A stretch of DNA of 64,000 nt, from IMG/VR virus record IMGVR_UViG_3300023174_000034; one strand, given 5' to 3'. How positions within the stretch are numbered: position 1 is the first letter of the stretch; each line of letters starts with the position of its first letter. Below the pieces are notes generated by a model that was given only the letters and a program-made list of their open reading frames with translations, was not told the DNA's origin and did not search any database. Positions 39,200 through 48,371 of the stretch are shown in pieces. The translations under genes were made by a program, and so were the position numbers. This DNA is from a virus (taxonomy: Duplodnaviria; Heunggongvirae; Uroviricota; Caudoviricetes).

Positions 39200-39498
39200 T
39201 TTGGCTTGACAAATGGATAGCTAAAAAAGTACGCGAGGCCTGGGAAAAACCTGAACAGTTTCATAACATAGTAGGATCCAAAACTGCCGAGCTAGTGTCA
39301 AGAGATCGAATCCTTGATCATGATGCCAATTTGAACTTCCGCATGTTCCGTGCAGAAAACGGATATGTGATGGAAGTGAGACAGTATGATCGACGAACAG
39401 ATCGTCACTCTGTTAACCTGCATCTAATCACTGATGATGCAGATCTAGGCCAATCTATCAGTCATATCGTAACTGTTGAATCACTAAAGGTATCATAA
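39196..39498 (+). CDS. Hypothetical protein
   Basis: 100-aa ORF with overlapping junctions. Confidence 0.6.
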   Translation: MIWLDKWIAKKVREAWEKPEQFHNIVGSKTAELVSRDRILDHDANLNFRMFRAENGYVMEVRQYDRRTDRHSVNLHLITDDADLGQSISHIVTVESLKVS

Positions 39499-40013
39499 TG
39501 GATCGTCCAGAACACAACGGTGCTCATATGTTTGTTGGCACTGAAGTAGAACATTCACCAGCACATGGCATGCGTACACTATTTGTAATTGGATTACAAG
39601 ATGCAACCAACGTGGTAGCAGCCGCTCAAGAACACAACTGTGAACACATCTACTTTGGCGCTAACATGAGCTTTCCTAATCCGTCGGTTAACAACAGCGG
39701 CGTTTGGAATCAGTGGGAAAACATGATTGGCTCATGTTTGATGCACGGCGCTTGGTGTACACTAGATATTGATGTCACCGCCGCAGAAGGTCTATTAGAA
39801 AGCACACTGATTGACCACGATCGCTTTATTCCAATGATCAGTGTAAAATTGCCCTATGCCAAACTATACAACTACAACACAACAATCAAGATCGACGACC
39901 GAGACTTCCAGGCAACCAACCCAGGTGTTTGGTGCCACAGTTTACACGAACTAAGAAATCGTGCAGTGTTTACTGACTGGTCTAAATATACTCAAGACAA
40001 GGTAATCAAATGA
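39498..40013 (+). CDS. Hypothetical protein in deazaguanine locus
   Basis: G.EVEH, HIYFGAN, DD.DF.ATNPGVWCH. Confidence 0.65.
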   Translation: MDRPEHNGAHMFVGTEVEHSPAHGMRTLFVIGLQDATNVVAAAQEHNCEHIYFGANMSFPNPSVNNSGVWNQWENMIGSCLMHGAWCTLDIDVTAAEGLLESTLIDHDRFIPMISVKLPYAKLYNYNTTIKIDDRDFQATNPGVWCHSLHELRNRAVFTDWSKYTQDKVIK

Positions 40014-40450
40014 CAGTACAAGCATACAGAGAACAAACAGAAGTAAACCGCGAAGTAGCGGATAGAATGATCTGGGTTAAGTTTCAAAAGGAAGGTATCC
40101 ATTGCTATCCAGCGGCGGCAACTGAGCCCTTGCTAGCAGATGTATCTTTTTTGGCCAACCCGCATCGACACATATTTCATTTCAGAGTTTCGATCAGCGT
40201 GTTCCATAATGATCGCGATATTGAATTCATCCAATTCAAGCGTTGGTGTGAAGGCCTTTATTCAGGTGGCACACTGGCACTCGATTATAAGTCATGCGAG
40301 ATGATTGCAGACGACTTATATATCCAAATTAACTTGCGCTATCCAGGTAGACATGTTATTATAGAGGTAAGCGAAGATAACGAAAACGGTTGTAGTATCG
40401 TTTACGAAGATCCTCGCACACCCGAAACAACCTTCCATCACCCAGTCTAA
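40010..40450 (+). CDS. dpdL: T-fold QueD paralogue, DpdL-like (putative CDG decarboxylase)
   Basis: LANPHRHIF (LxxxHRHxF), DRDIEFI, SCEMIA, VSEDNENG. Confidence 0.7.
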   Translation: MTVQAYREQTEVNREVADRMIWVKFQKEGIHCYPAAATEPLLADVSFLANPHRHIFHFRVSISVFHNDRDIEFIQFKRWCEGLYSGGTLALDYKSCEMIADDLYIQINLRYPGRHVIIEVSEDNENGCSIVYEDPRTPETTFHHPV

Positions 40451-40461
40451 GGAGATATACG

Positions 40462-40785
40462 ATGGCAAATCCAAAGTGGCTCGAAAAGTATTTTCGCATG
40501 AAGCCCGAAGTTACACAGATCTATGACGATCTGGAAAAATTCAAACAATTCTGCGTGGATCACGGCAGATTGTTCAACGAGGCCGCATTGTACAACGAAC
40601 GAGATCGTGACTACTTTGACTTCCTGAGATTCAAGGAACGTGGCTATGCAAAGAACGCATGGAACTGGGCACACAAAGACCCCAATGAAGTACGCAAGCC
40701 GTACACAGGTCCACGTCGCGAAGGCGGTGGTGGCTACAAAGGCAACAACTATCGCCCAGGCGGAGGCTACAACCGCAATGCGTAA
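40462..40785 (+). CDS. Hypothetical protein with RG/G-rich tail
   Basis: AAGGAG SD. Confidence 0.65.
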   Translation: MANPKWLEKYFRMKPEVTQIYDDLEKFKQFCVDHGRLFNEAALYNERDRDYFDFLRFKERGYAKNAWNWAHKDPNEVRKPYTGPRREGGGGYKGNNYRPGGGYNRNA

Positions 40786-41968
40786 GCTATACTACATGGG
40801 CTTGGAGTCTTACAAGGCTCGTTATACTCTGCAACTCACAGAGTGGAACAAGCGTGTGTTTGATGCACGTGGACTAGATGTTGTCTACGTGCCAGGCTTG
40901 ACACTAGACAACAGTCAGCAGATTGTTGTGGGTCAAGTGCTAGACGCACACGGTCGCAGTTACTTTGGTATGAGTCAGATGATGAATCTGGTTCGTATGA
41001 TGCAACAAGGTGAAGTAACCGCAGATGATGTGATCTACTTTGAAGACATGTTCCAGCCCGGCTTTGAAAGTCTTGGCTACATCATCAACCAAGTTCCTGA
41101 AGAACTGCGCCCACGCATCTTTGTGCGCTGTCTAGCACAGGCCATTGATCCAGATGACTTTGTTCATGTATGGGGCATGGGCAAGTGGATGATGGACTAT
41201 GAACGCATGGTCAATGACATTGTGACCACTTCCGGTGGTGCTGTGTTAGCTACCAACGAAGAGATGGTCATGCACATGAAGGTAGCAGGTTGGACTGCTC
41301 CTATCTACAACATCTCCGGCTTGGCATTCGGCAAGAGCGAAGTACGTGAACGTGTGCCGGGTGAGCTCAAGCCATTTGACAAACGAGCATTCCGTGTGGG
41401 TTTTGCCGCACGTTGGGATCAAGAGAAACAACCAGACTTTTACATGGACTTGATTGAACTGTGGGCAGAGCGTCATCCAGGTGAACGTTTGGAGTTTGCA
41501 CTGTTCAGTGGTGCTAAACTAAAAAGCAACAACGACAGCTACATGGCTCGTACAAGAGATCTCGAAGCACGTGGCTTGCTCACAATCTATGAAGACCTAG
41601 AAAAGAACGATTACTATGCTCTCGTTAATGATACTCGTGTGCTTTTTAATTGTGCGTTACAAGACTGGGTGTCTAACACTGTCAGCGAAGCAGATACTTT
41701 GGGCTGTAATGTTCTCTATCCTGCTTACCGTAGTTTTCCTGAAAGTTTTAGTAATGACCACACCAGGCTCTACATCCCTTGGAGCCTAGAGGATGCTATT
41801 ACCAAGTTGGAAAAGTTGATTCGCAAGCCACATGCTAATCAAGGCCGGATCTCAGACTGGACCAATGGCACAGTTGATCGTATTGTGGACATCCTTGAAG
41901 GCAAAGGCGAATCTTGGTTGCGTATGAGCACAGACTACCGTAAGCACACTCACGAAAGCAAGTTCTAA
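40778..41968 (+). CDS. GT-B fold glycosyltransferase
   Basis: ARWDQEKQP; ALQDWVSNTVSEA...GC..LYP (Ex7E-like region). Confidence 0.8.
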   Translation: MRKLYYMGLESYKARYTLQLTEWNKRVFDARGLDVVYVPGLTLDNSQQIVVGQVLDAHGRSYFGMSQMMNLVRMMQQGEVTADDVIYFEDMFQPGFESLGYIINQVPEELRPRIFVRCLAQAIDPDDFVHVWGMGKWMMDYERMVNDIVTTSGGAVLATNEEMVMHMKVAGWTAPIYNISGLAFGKSEVRERVPGELKPFDKRAFRVGFAARWDQEKQPDFYMDLIELWAERHPGERLEFALFSGAKLKSNNDSYMARTRDLEARGLLTIYEDLEKNDYYALVNDTRVLFNCALQDWVSNTVSEADTLGCNVLYPAYRSFPESFSNDHTRLYIPWSLEDAITKLEKLIRKPHANQGRISDWTNGTVDRIVDILEGKGESWLRMSTDYRKHTHESKF

Positions 41969-42225
41969 TGTTTGACCAAGATCAATACCAAAATTTTGAT
42001 CTTGGTCTTTGGACCCGGGTGCTCAATGAAGAATTACCATGGCTGGGCCAAGGAAGACCAATAAGCGTTTTTCAAGCGGCTGAAATCTATCAACGCACGG
42101 TGGTAGCCTGGGGTGAGGGTCGCACACACTATGCTCAGGATGGCGTGGGTGGTGCAGTAGACTTGACAAAACTCTACGAACAATGTAAACTAGTATCATT
42201 ACTGAAACTTAAACAGGAGAATTAA
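41968..42225 (+). CDS. Hypothetical protein
   Basis: 85-aa ORF; contains promoter TTGACA(42163)-17-TAAACT. Confidence 0.55.
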   Translation: MFDQDQYQNFDLGLWTRVLNEELPWLGQGRPISVFQAAEIYQRTVVAWGEGRTHYAQDGVGGAVDLTKLYEQCKLVSLLKLKQEN

Positions 42226-42226
42226 C

Positions 42227-42922
42227 ATGTTTGGAACCGGTTACACAGGCGGCATGAGCACCTATCGTTCTGCCGCAGAAATCAATTCTGCCATGGCTCG
42301 TGTGTACAATCACATGATGCTGGCTGTGCTAAACAGCATGGTGGTCAGTTACTTTGTAGGCACCTCGCCAGAACTGCTGGCATTTTTCTTTACTGGCGTA
42401 CTAAAGTGGATTGTGATCTTTGCGCCATTGGTGGCAATCTTTGCCTTGACTTTTGCCATGGATCGTATGAACAAGTCGCAGGCCACACTAGCCCTGCATG
42501 GATTTGCCGCACTCATGGGACTGAGCTTTGCCACAATCTTTGCTGTGTTTACCATGAGCAGTATTTTTAGTGCGTTCATGGGTGCAGGCATTTTGTTTGG
42601 TACGCTGAGTGCATACGGATACTTTACTAAAAAGAATCTAGACAGTCTGGGCCAGTTTATGTTTGTGGGCTTGATTGCCATCGTGATTGCCAGCATTGTA
42701 AACATCTTTATTGGTTCTAGTGTGATGGCCACAGTTATCAGTGCCTTGGCTATCATTATCTTTCTAGGCCTCACTGCCTACGACACACAAAAGATTCGCG
42801 AAATGGTCAGTTACGATGAGCCCAGTGGCAACGTTGAAATTGTTGGCGCACTTACCTTGTATCTTGACTTTATCAACCTATTCCTAAACCTACTGCAACT
42901 ATTTGGTGGCAAGAAAGACTAA
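42227..42922 (+). CDS. Bax inhibitor-1/YccA family membrane protein
   Basis: 7 TM; TAYDTQ; ALTLYLDFINLF. Confidence 0.92.
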   Translation: MFGTGYTGGMSTYRSAAEINSAMARVYNHMMLAVLNSMVVSYFVGTSPELLAFFFTGVLKWIVIFAPLVAIFALTFAMDRMNKSQATLALHGFAALMGLSFATIFAVFTMSSIFSAFMGAGILFGTLSAYGYFTKKNLDSLGQFMFVGLIAIVIASIVNIFIGSSVMATVISALAIIIFLGLTAYDTQKIREMVSYDEPSGNVEIVGALTLYLDFINLFLNLLQLFGGKKD

Positions 42923-42923
42923 C

Positions 42924-43898
42924 ATGGCAAAAAAGAAAGCACAACCAGCTGAAGTTATCAATCCCGAACACGAGCGCCTGATTGAAGTGCTCAAGTTTAC
43001 TCCACGCACCTACAGCATCTGCATGTGGGGCTATGGTGGCGAAAAAGTCATGGGCACTGTGGATCGCAAGATCTACGATTACTTCCGGCAACGTAGACTA
43101 GACCTAAGCGACTTTGCCTGGGATAGTGACTATGCAGAAGAGAACAACATTCCAGAAGACATGTGGCCGTTTCCACCAGGCAGCTGGTACGAATGTGATG
43201 ACATGGGGCATGTGCATGGTGTTAGCCGCAATGCCGGCACACTACAGATCACGGACGAGAATGGTGATACTGTGTACGAACGTAGCTTCGACGATATCAC
43301 AGGTGGCGGAGATGATGGTGAACCAGACTGGTCATGTGGTGATGAAGTGTTCATTGGTGAAAAATCAGATGGCACAGTTGTGTTCATTGGCAGTAGCAAT
43401 GAAAAAGGCACATTCTTTGAAGGCGAGATTGAATTGACAGAACCGTTTGATATCACTAAGCTGTGCCTAGGCTATGACGAAGTTGATGGCGAAGAGATCA
43501 TCAACACCGTGACCTACGACGATGAAGACATTGACAACAACGGTGGCAACACAGATGGCAAGAGTTCAGACTTTGGCATGTATATCGCAGGTTCAAAGGA
43601 AGCGACTGGCAAGTGGGAAAAGTACACAACCATGGATGATATCGAATACGAAATGACCGATTGGTTCCCTAAGAAGATCAAGCCAGCATACCCTGGCGTG
43701 TACAATATCCGAACCGCTGGCAAGAACTCGTGGGAACGGCAAGCCAGGTGGACTGGCAGTCGTTGGATCATGAGTTGGGGTGAAGATGTTCCAGAAACTG
43801 AAGAACTCAAGATCAAAGAGTGGCAGGGTATTGCATATGATCCAGATGAGCAACACCTACGTGAAGAACTAGACAATCTTATTCTAGAGGCACAATGA
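42924..43898 (+). CDS. Acidic hypothetical protein
   Basis: GYGGE, EKGTFF; C-terminal TDWFP..KP...GVY module. Confidence 0.65.
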   Translation: MAKKKAQPAEVINPEHERLIEVLKFTPRTYSICMWGYGGEKVMGTVDRKIYDYFRQRRLDLSDFAWDSDYAEENNIPEDMWPFPPGSWYECDDMGHVHGVSRNAGTLQITDENGDTVYERSFDDITGGGDDGEPDWSCGDEVFIGEKSDGTVVFIGSSNEKGTFFEGEIELTEPFDITKLCLGYDEVDGEEIINTVTYDDEDIDNNGGNTDGKSSDFGMYIAGSKEATGKWEKYTTMDDIEYEMTDWFPKKIKPAYPGVYNIRTAGKNSWERQARWTGSRWIMSWGEDVPETEELKIKEWQGIAYDPDEQHLREELDNLILEAQ

Positions 43899-44902
43899 GC
43901 ACAGTATTCGTAACAGGTGCAACAGGCTACATTGGTAGTCATGTTTGCAAAGCATTGAAACAAGCAGGCTACGAAGTTGTCGGGCTTGATCGTGTGCATA
44001 GAGAGCACACAATGAAGCACATGGATCGTTTTATTGAAGCCGACTATCATAGTTCCATGTGCTTTGATGCACTAGCAAAAGAACAACCAGATGCTGTTAT
44101 TCATCTAGCAGGTACCAGCCTGGTTGGCCCAAGCATGGCAGACCCTGGCGAATACTACACCAACAACGTGGCCAAATCTGCGGCATTTTTAGATGTTGTA
44201 CGTTGGTTGGAAAAAATGCCTGTGGTTGTGTTTTCAAGTTCAGCCGCTGTGTATGGCAATCCAGAAGTAGATGTCATTTACGAAAATCAGCCATACAATC
44301 CAACCAGCCCATATGGTCAGACCAAGGCCATGATTGAAATCATACTAGTGGATTTTAACAAAGCATACGGTTTGAAAAGTGCAAGCCTGCGCTACTTCAA
44401 TGCCTGTGGTGCTGATCTAGATGGTGAACTAGGACAAGAGCCGGGCGCCACACACATCATTGCTAGACTACTAGAATCAAAACAAGCAGGTGTTCCATTC
44501 ACGCTGTATGGTGAAGATTATGACACACCAGATGGCTCTTGCATTCGTGACTATGTGCATGTGGTTGACCTAGCAGATGCACATGTAAAGGCTGTGAGCT
44601 ACTTGTTGAGTGACATGGAAGAGTGCATTGCAGTCAACCTGGGTGGTACATCTGGATTGACAAAAGGCCAAGGACACAGCAACAAAGAGATCATATCCGC
44701 AGTAGCAGATATAGTAGGCAACATTGATGTTGAGCCGGGTCCACGCAGGCCAGGTGATCCTGCTAGATTGGTTGCAGGCACCCTGACTTCTGTTACCAAG
44801 CTAGGATGGAGTCCCAAACATTCAGATCTTAAGACCATCATCGAGTCAGCATGGAAGTGGTATAATAACCCGCCACAATCCATTGACAATTCATCTAAAT
44901 AA
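43895..44902 (+). CDS. galE: UDP-glucose 4-epimerase
   Basis: GATGYIGSH, FSSSAAVYG, YGQTK, LRYFNA, RDYVHV.DLA.AH. Confidence 0.92.
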   Translation: MSTVFVTGATGYIGSHVCKALKQAGYEVVGLDRVHREHTMKHMDRFIEADYHSSMCFDALAKEQPDAVIHLAGTSLVGPSMADPGEYYTNNVAKSAAFLDVVRWLEKMPVVVFSSSAAVYGNPEVDVIYENQPYNPTSPYGQTKAMIEIILVDFNKAYGLKSASLRYFNACGADLDGELGQEPGATHIIARLLESKQAGVPFTLYGEDYDTPDGSCIRDYVHVVDLADAHVKAVSYLLSDMEECIAVNLGGTSGLTKGQGHSNKEIISAVADIVGNIDVEPGPRRPGDPARLVAGTLTSVTKLGWSPKHSDLKTIIESAWKWYNNPPQSIDNSSK

Positions 44903-44952
44903 CTTTACAATACAAACAAAGTCATCCACGACTATTAACTCGGAGAAATAAA
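44883..44952 (+). promoter_or_regulatory. folE promoter and structured leader
   Basis: TTGACA(44883)-17-TACAAT with internal TAAATA; leader AGTC-ATCCAC-GACT-ATTAACTC-GGAG. Confidence 0.65.
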
Positions 44953-45696
44953 TTGGTAGATACACAAACAGCATTAGACGCCATGGCCGGAGACGGCGGC
45001 TACGAACTAGGCACAGCACACAAACACATCGCATTCAAACTGCGCCGCGATAACAAGCGTTTCTGGGCAGGCGACAACATCAGCGATTACGTCGACGAAC
45101 AGGCCAAAGAACAGTTAATCGATGAAGCAACAGCGGCATTTGAACTTGTGCTAGATACGCTACTAATTGATCGCCAAACAGATCCCAACAGCCGAGGCAC
45201 AGCTCGACGCCTGGCCAAGATGTACTTTAATGAAATAATGGCAGGAAGATATGATCCAGCACCAGATGCAACAGCGTTCCCAAATGATTCGGCAGACCGT
45301 TACGAAGGCATGCTTGTGGTTAGAAGTGAACTACGCTCAATGTGTAGTCACCATCACCAGCCTGTATCTGGTGTCGCTTATATTGGGATTATCGCCGCAG
45401 AAAAGCTCATTGGTTTGTCTAAGTACACTCGCATTGCTCAGTGGTGCGCTCGTCGCGGCACTTTGCAAGAAGAACTGGCCAATGACATTGCACGAGAAAT
45501 ACAAAAAGCCACAGGAGCCACAGACCTAGGTGTGTACATTCAAGCTGTACACGGATGCTGTGAGAATCGTGGTATCATGGCACACTCCAGTCTAACGCAG
45601 ACTACTGTGCTCAAAGGTGCATTCAAGGACGATGGCAATACAAAGAAGGAATTCTTTGATAACATTAAACTACAACAGGAGTTTGCACCAAGATGA
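44953..45696 (+). CDS. folE: GTP cyclohydrolase I
   Basis: SMCSHH, IGLSK..R, LQE, HGCC..RG; TTG start. Confidence 0.96.
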   Translation: MVDTQTALDAMAGDGGYELGTAHKHIAFKLRRDNKRFWAGDNISDYVDEQAKEQLIDEATAAFELVLDTLLIDRQTDPNSRGTARRLAKMYFNEIMAGRYDPAPDATAFPNDSADRYEGMLVVRSELRSMCSHHHQPVSGVAYIGIIAAEKLIGLSKYTRIAQWCARRGTLQEELANDIAREIQKATGATDLGVYIQAVHGCCENRGIMAHSSLTQTTVLKGAFKDDGNTKKEFFDNIKLQQEFAPR

Positions 45697-45935
45697 CAAC
45701 TGCCAAAGAACTATGTGAGAATTTAATTGCTCGTGCTAAATCAATGCAGACATTTCAAATCACACGCCAGCTGGATGACGCCGATGTTATCTTCAGTGCA
45801 GGTGTTGTGCCATTTGATCTTAAAATGAATCGTGAAGGTCGACTCACTGCCACAGTACATGCCATGACACTGGCCGAAGCAGAAGAGCAAGTTGATGCCT
45901 GGATCCAGCATTTACAAGAAGGTGACGACCTATGA
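45693..45935 (+). CDS. Hypothetical protein
   Basis: 80-aa ORF, ATGA overlaps. Confidence 0.6.
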   Translation: MTTAKELCENLIARAKSMQTFQITRQLDDADVIFSAGVVPFDLKMNREGRLTATVHAMTLAEAEEQVDAWIQHLQEGDDL

Positions 45936-46492
45936 TTGCCGTAAGAGAAAAAGATTCTGCAGACTTTGATCTAGAAGCATTCATTGACCTGTTTGATGAA
46001 GCACTTACCAGTGATGATCCTAGTGTACAAAAGACTCTACAGCACCTAATGGTCATTGCGGCCCTGGCACGTAATCATGCTAGACACGATCAGCGCAACG
46101 GTCCTTTGCGTCGACTATTTGATGATCAGAAAAATATCATTCGGAGGTTGGAAAGACTTGAGTCAGATCAACAAAACAAACAAGTCTACCCAGGTGGAGG
46201 CTTGGGAGGCGGAAACGTTCCGCTTGGCCCTTATGTGCCAGTTACCCCTTGGCCAGGCACAGGTGGAGGCACAAGTTGGCCGCCACAACCTGGAACTTAT
46301 CCCCCAGGAACCATCTGGGGCCAAAGTGGCACAGCCACAAGCATGACCCTAGATCCAGGATTTGGAGCAGTTCCTCCAGTGGTTGCCAAACAAACTACTG
46401 CATCCGAAGCGGTTGCAGAACGTATAGAAGATCTGTTAAAATCTGACTATAAAGGTTCATCTGTAGGAACAAAGAATGTTAAAATTACTTGA
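45932..46492 (+). CDS. Hypothetical protein with P/G-rich region
   Basis: 186-aa ORF. Confidence 0.6.
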   Translation: MIAVREKDSADFDLEAFIDLFDEALTSDDPSVQKTLQHLMVIAALARNHARHDQRNGPLRRLFDDQKNIIRRLERLESDQQNKQVYPGGGLGGGNVPLGPYVPVTPWPGTGGGTSWPPQPGTYPPGTIWGQSGTATSMTLDPGFGAVPPVVAKQTTASEAVAERIEDLLKSDYKGSSVGTKNVKIT

Positions 46493-46946
46493 ACAGTTGG
46501 GGCGTAAACGTATCATCAATGATCGAATCAACAACGAGCCATATATGGAACGTTACTATTTGTTCTTGAAAGATCGTCAGCGTTTTCCGTTTAATGTTTT
46601 CTTGCACAAGTTCCTTAAGGGTGATCCAGATGATGTACACGATCATCCGTGGCCTTATGCAACACTGATCTTGAAAGGCGGTTACTATGAATGGGTTCCA
46701 GAGTTTAATTCAAAGAATGAAATGGTGGGTCAGCGGCGTTATTGGCGTGGCCCCGGACATTTCCGCATTTGTGCTCCTACTTCTTATCATCGCATTGAGC
46801 TAGAGCCAGGAGTAACTGCATGGACTTTGTTTGTGCCAGGCCCACACAAGCGTGAATGGGGTTTCTTGACAGGCAAGGGTAAAAATCAAAAATGGGAACA
46901 CAATGAAGATTATCTCACCCGGCGTAGTAGCATTAAGGCCGTTTAA
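46476..46946 (+). CDS. Cupin-fold protein
   Basis: HDHPW...GGYYE...HRI...WTLF..GP..R.WGF. Confidence 0.75.
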   Translation: MLKLLEQLGRKRIINDRINNEPYMERYYLFLKDRQRFPFNVFLHKFLKGDPDDVHDHPWPYATLILKGGYYEWVPEFNSKNEMVGQRRYWRGPGHFRICAPTSYHRIELEPGVTAWTLFVPGPHKREWGFLTGKGKNQKWEHNEDYLTRRSSIKAV

Positions 46947-47235
46947 GATTCATACCAATGCTCTTTCTCAAGAGATGGTAGACTTTTGGGTCATGATGGG
47001 AGCAGAAGCACAGGTGATCGGCGACACATATCACAGTCGCAAAGGTCTTGTGCATGAGACAAACTATCGCATACGCATGGGCCGTGGCGACTGGAGTCAC
47101 ATGTTCAATGATGGTAGTGGACACTATATCATTCACCTGCGTGAAGAATTTGCACCCGAAGCTAGTCTTTTTATCATGAAGTACATAGACAATATTATCA
47201 ACCACGACTGTAAGGTACCGGAGCCTCAACTATGA
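46903..47235 (+). CDS. Hypothetical protein
   Basis: 110-aa ORF filling gap. Confidence 0.5.
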   Translation: MKIISPGVVALRPFKIHTNALSQEMVDFWVMMGAEAQVIGDTYHSRKGLVHETNYRIRMGRGDWSHMFNDGSGHYIIHLREEFAPEASLFIMKYIDNIINHDCKVPEPQL

Positions 47236-47792
47236 AACTGATTCACAACAACAAACATCTAAACACCTGGGTGCATAAGATCATCCGCGAAATGGCGCAG
47301 GATAACTGGCGCCCAGACTACATTGTGGGTATCACACGTGGCGGGCTTGTGCCTGCTACCATGCTGAGCCATTATCTTGATGTGCCCATGCACACCTTGA
47401 ACATCAGCTTCCGAGATGCTGATGTTGGACCTGAAAGCAATCTTTGGATGGCAGAAGATGCCTTTGGCTATGTGCCATACGAAGGTACAGAGTTGCCGGC
47501 TCCCTTGGATCGTGAGGTAACTGATCCTGCACAGCGCAAAAAGATTCTAATTGTAGACGACATCAATGATTCAGGCCGCACACTGAACTGGATCAAGGAA
47601 GACTGGCCCAGTGGTTGTTTACCACATGCACCTGCGTGGAAAGCGATTTGGCACGATAGTGTGCGCTTTGCTGTGATGGTAGATAATTTGAGCAGTGGAT
47701 TTCAAGATGTAGACTACTGTGGCACAGAAATTAACAAAGAGGAAACACCATGTTGGATTGTGTTTCCGTGGGAAAATTGGTGGGAGAACTAA
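47232..47792 (+). CDS. Purine phosphoribosyltransferase (Gpt/Hpt-like)
   Basis: GITRGGL, LIVDDINDSGRT, WIVFPWE. Confidence 0.88.
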   Translation: MKLIHNNKHLNTWVHKIIREMAQDNWRPDYIVGITRGGLVPATMLSHYLDVPMHTLNISFRDADVGPESNLWMAEDAFGYVPYEGTELPAPLDREVTDPAQRKKILIVDDINDSGRTLNWIKEDWPSGCLPHAPAWKAIWHDSVRFAVMVDNLSSGFQDVDYCGTEINKEETPCWIVFPWENWWEN

Positions 47793-47793
47793 A

Positions 47794-48285
47794 ATGATAG
47801 AAGGTAAAAAAGTTGGCTTCACAGCCTCAACGTTTGATTTGCTACACGCAGGGCATATTGCCATGCTTCGTGAATCAAAACAAAAATGCGAGTACTTGAT
47901 TTGTGCTTTGCAAAACGATCCAACACTGGATCGTCCTAACAAAAATCGTCCTGTTCAGAGTGTTGTAGAACGACAACTGCAACTGGTAGGTTGCAAGTAT
48001 GTGGATGAAGTATGGGTCTACAACACAGAAAAGGATCTAGAAGATTTGCTTCTAGTGCTTCCAATTGATGTGCGTATCCTTGGTGTTGAATACGAAGGCA
48101 AAGAATTCACAGGTCGTGAAATCTGTCACAAACGAAACATTGATCTATACTTCAATGGGCGTGATCATAGTTTTTCTAGCAGTGAGCTACGCCAGCGTGT
48201 GGCCAATGCAGAAGATTTGAAAAAGAAACTACAGGCCTTTGAGCCAGTGGGTGCAGATGATACAGGTGGTCCTAGCCCACGATAA
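47794..48285 (+). CDS. Cytidylyltransferase (TagD/RfaE-II like)
   Basis: STFDLLHAGH, ER...L...KYVDEV, FSSSELR. Confidence 0.88.
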   Translation: MIEGKKVGFTASTFDLLHAGHIAMLRESKQKCEYLICALQNDPTLDRPNKNRPVQSVVERQLQLVGCKYVDEVWVYNTEKDLEDLLLVLPIDVRILGVEYEGKEFTGREICHKRNIDLYFNGRDHSFSSSELRQRVANAEDLKKKLQAFEPVGADDTGGPSPR

Positions 48286-48371
48286 ATAATTCCCAAGCGG
48301 CCTTTTCTGGCATTCATCCCGCTATACAAACTCTGCAGGCCTATGCTATAATCTAACATAGGAGAAACAGC
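48283..48371 (+). promoter_or_regulatory. Structured queD leader (riboswitch candidate)
   Basis: TAAATA; stem AGCGG/CCGCT; A-rich tail; SD-sequestering CCTATG/CATAGG hairpin. Confidence 0.55.
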
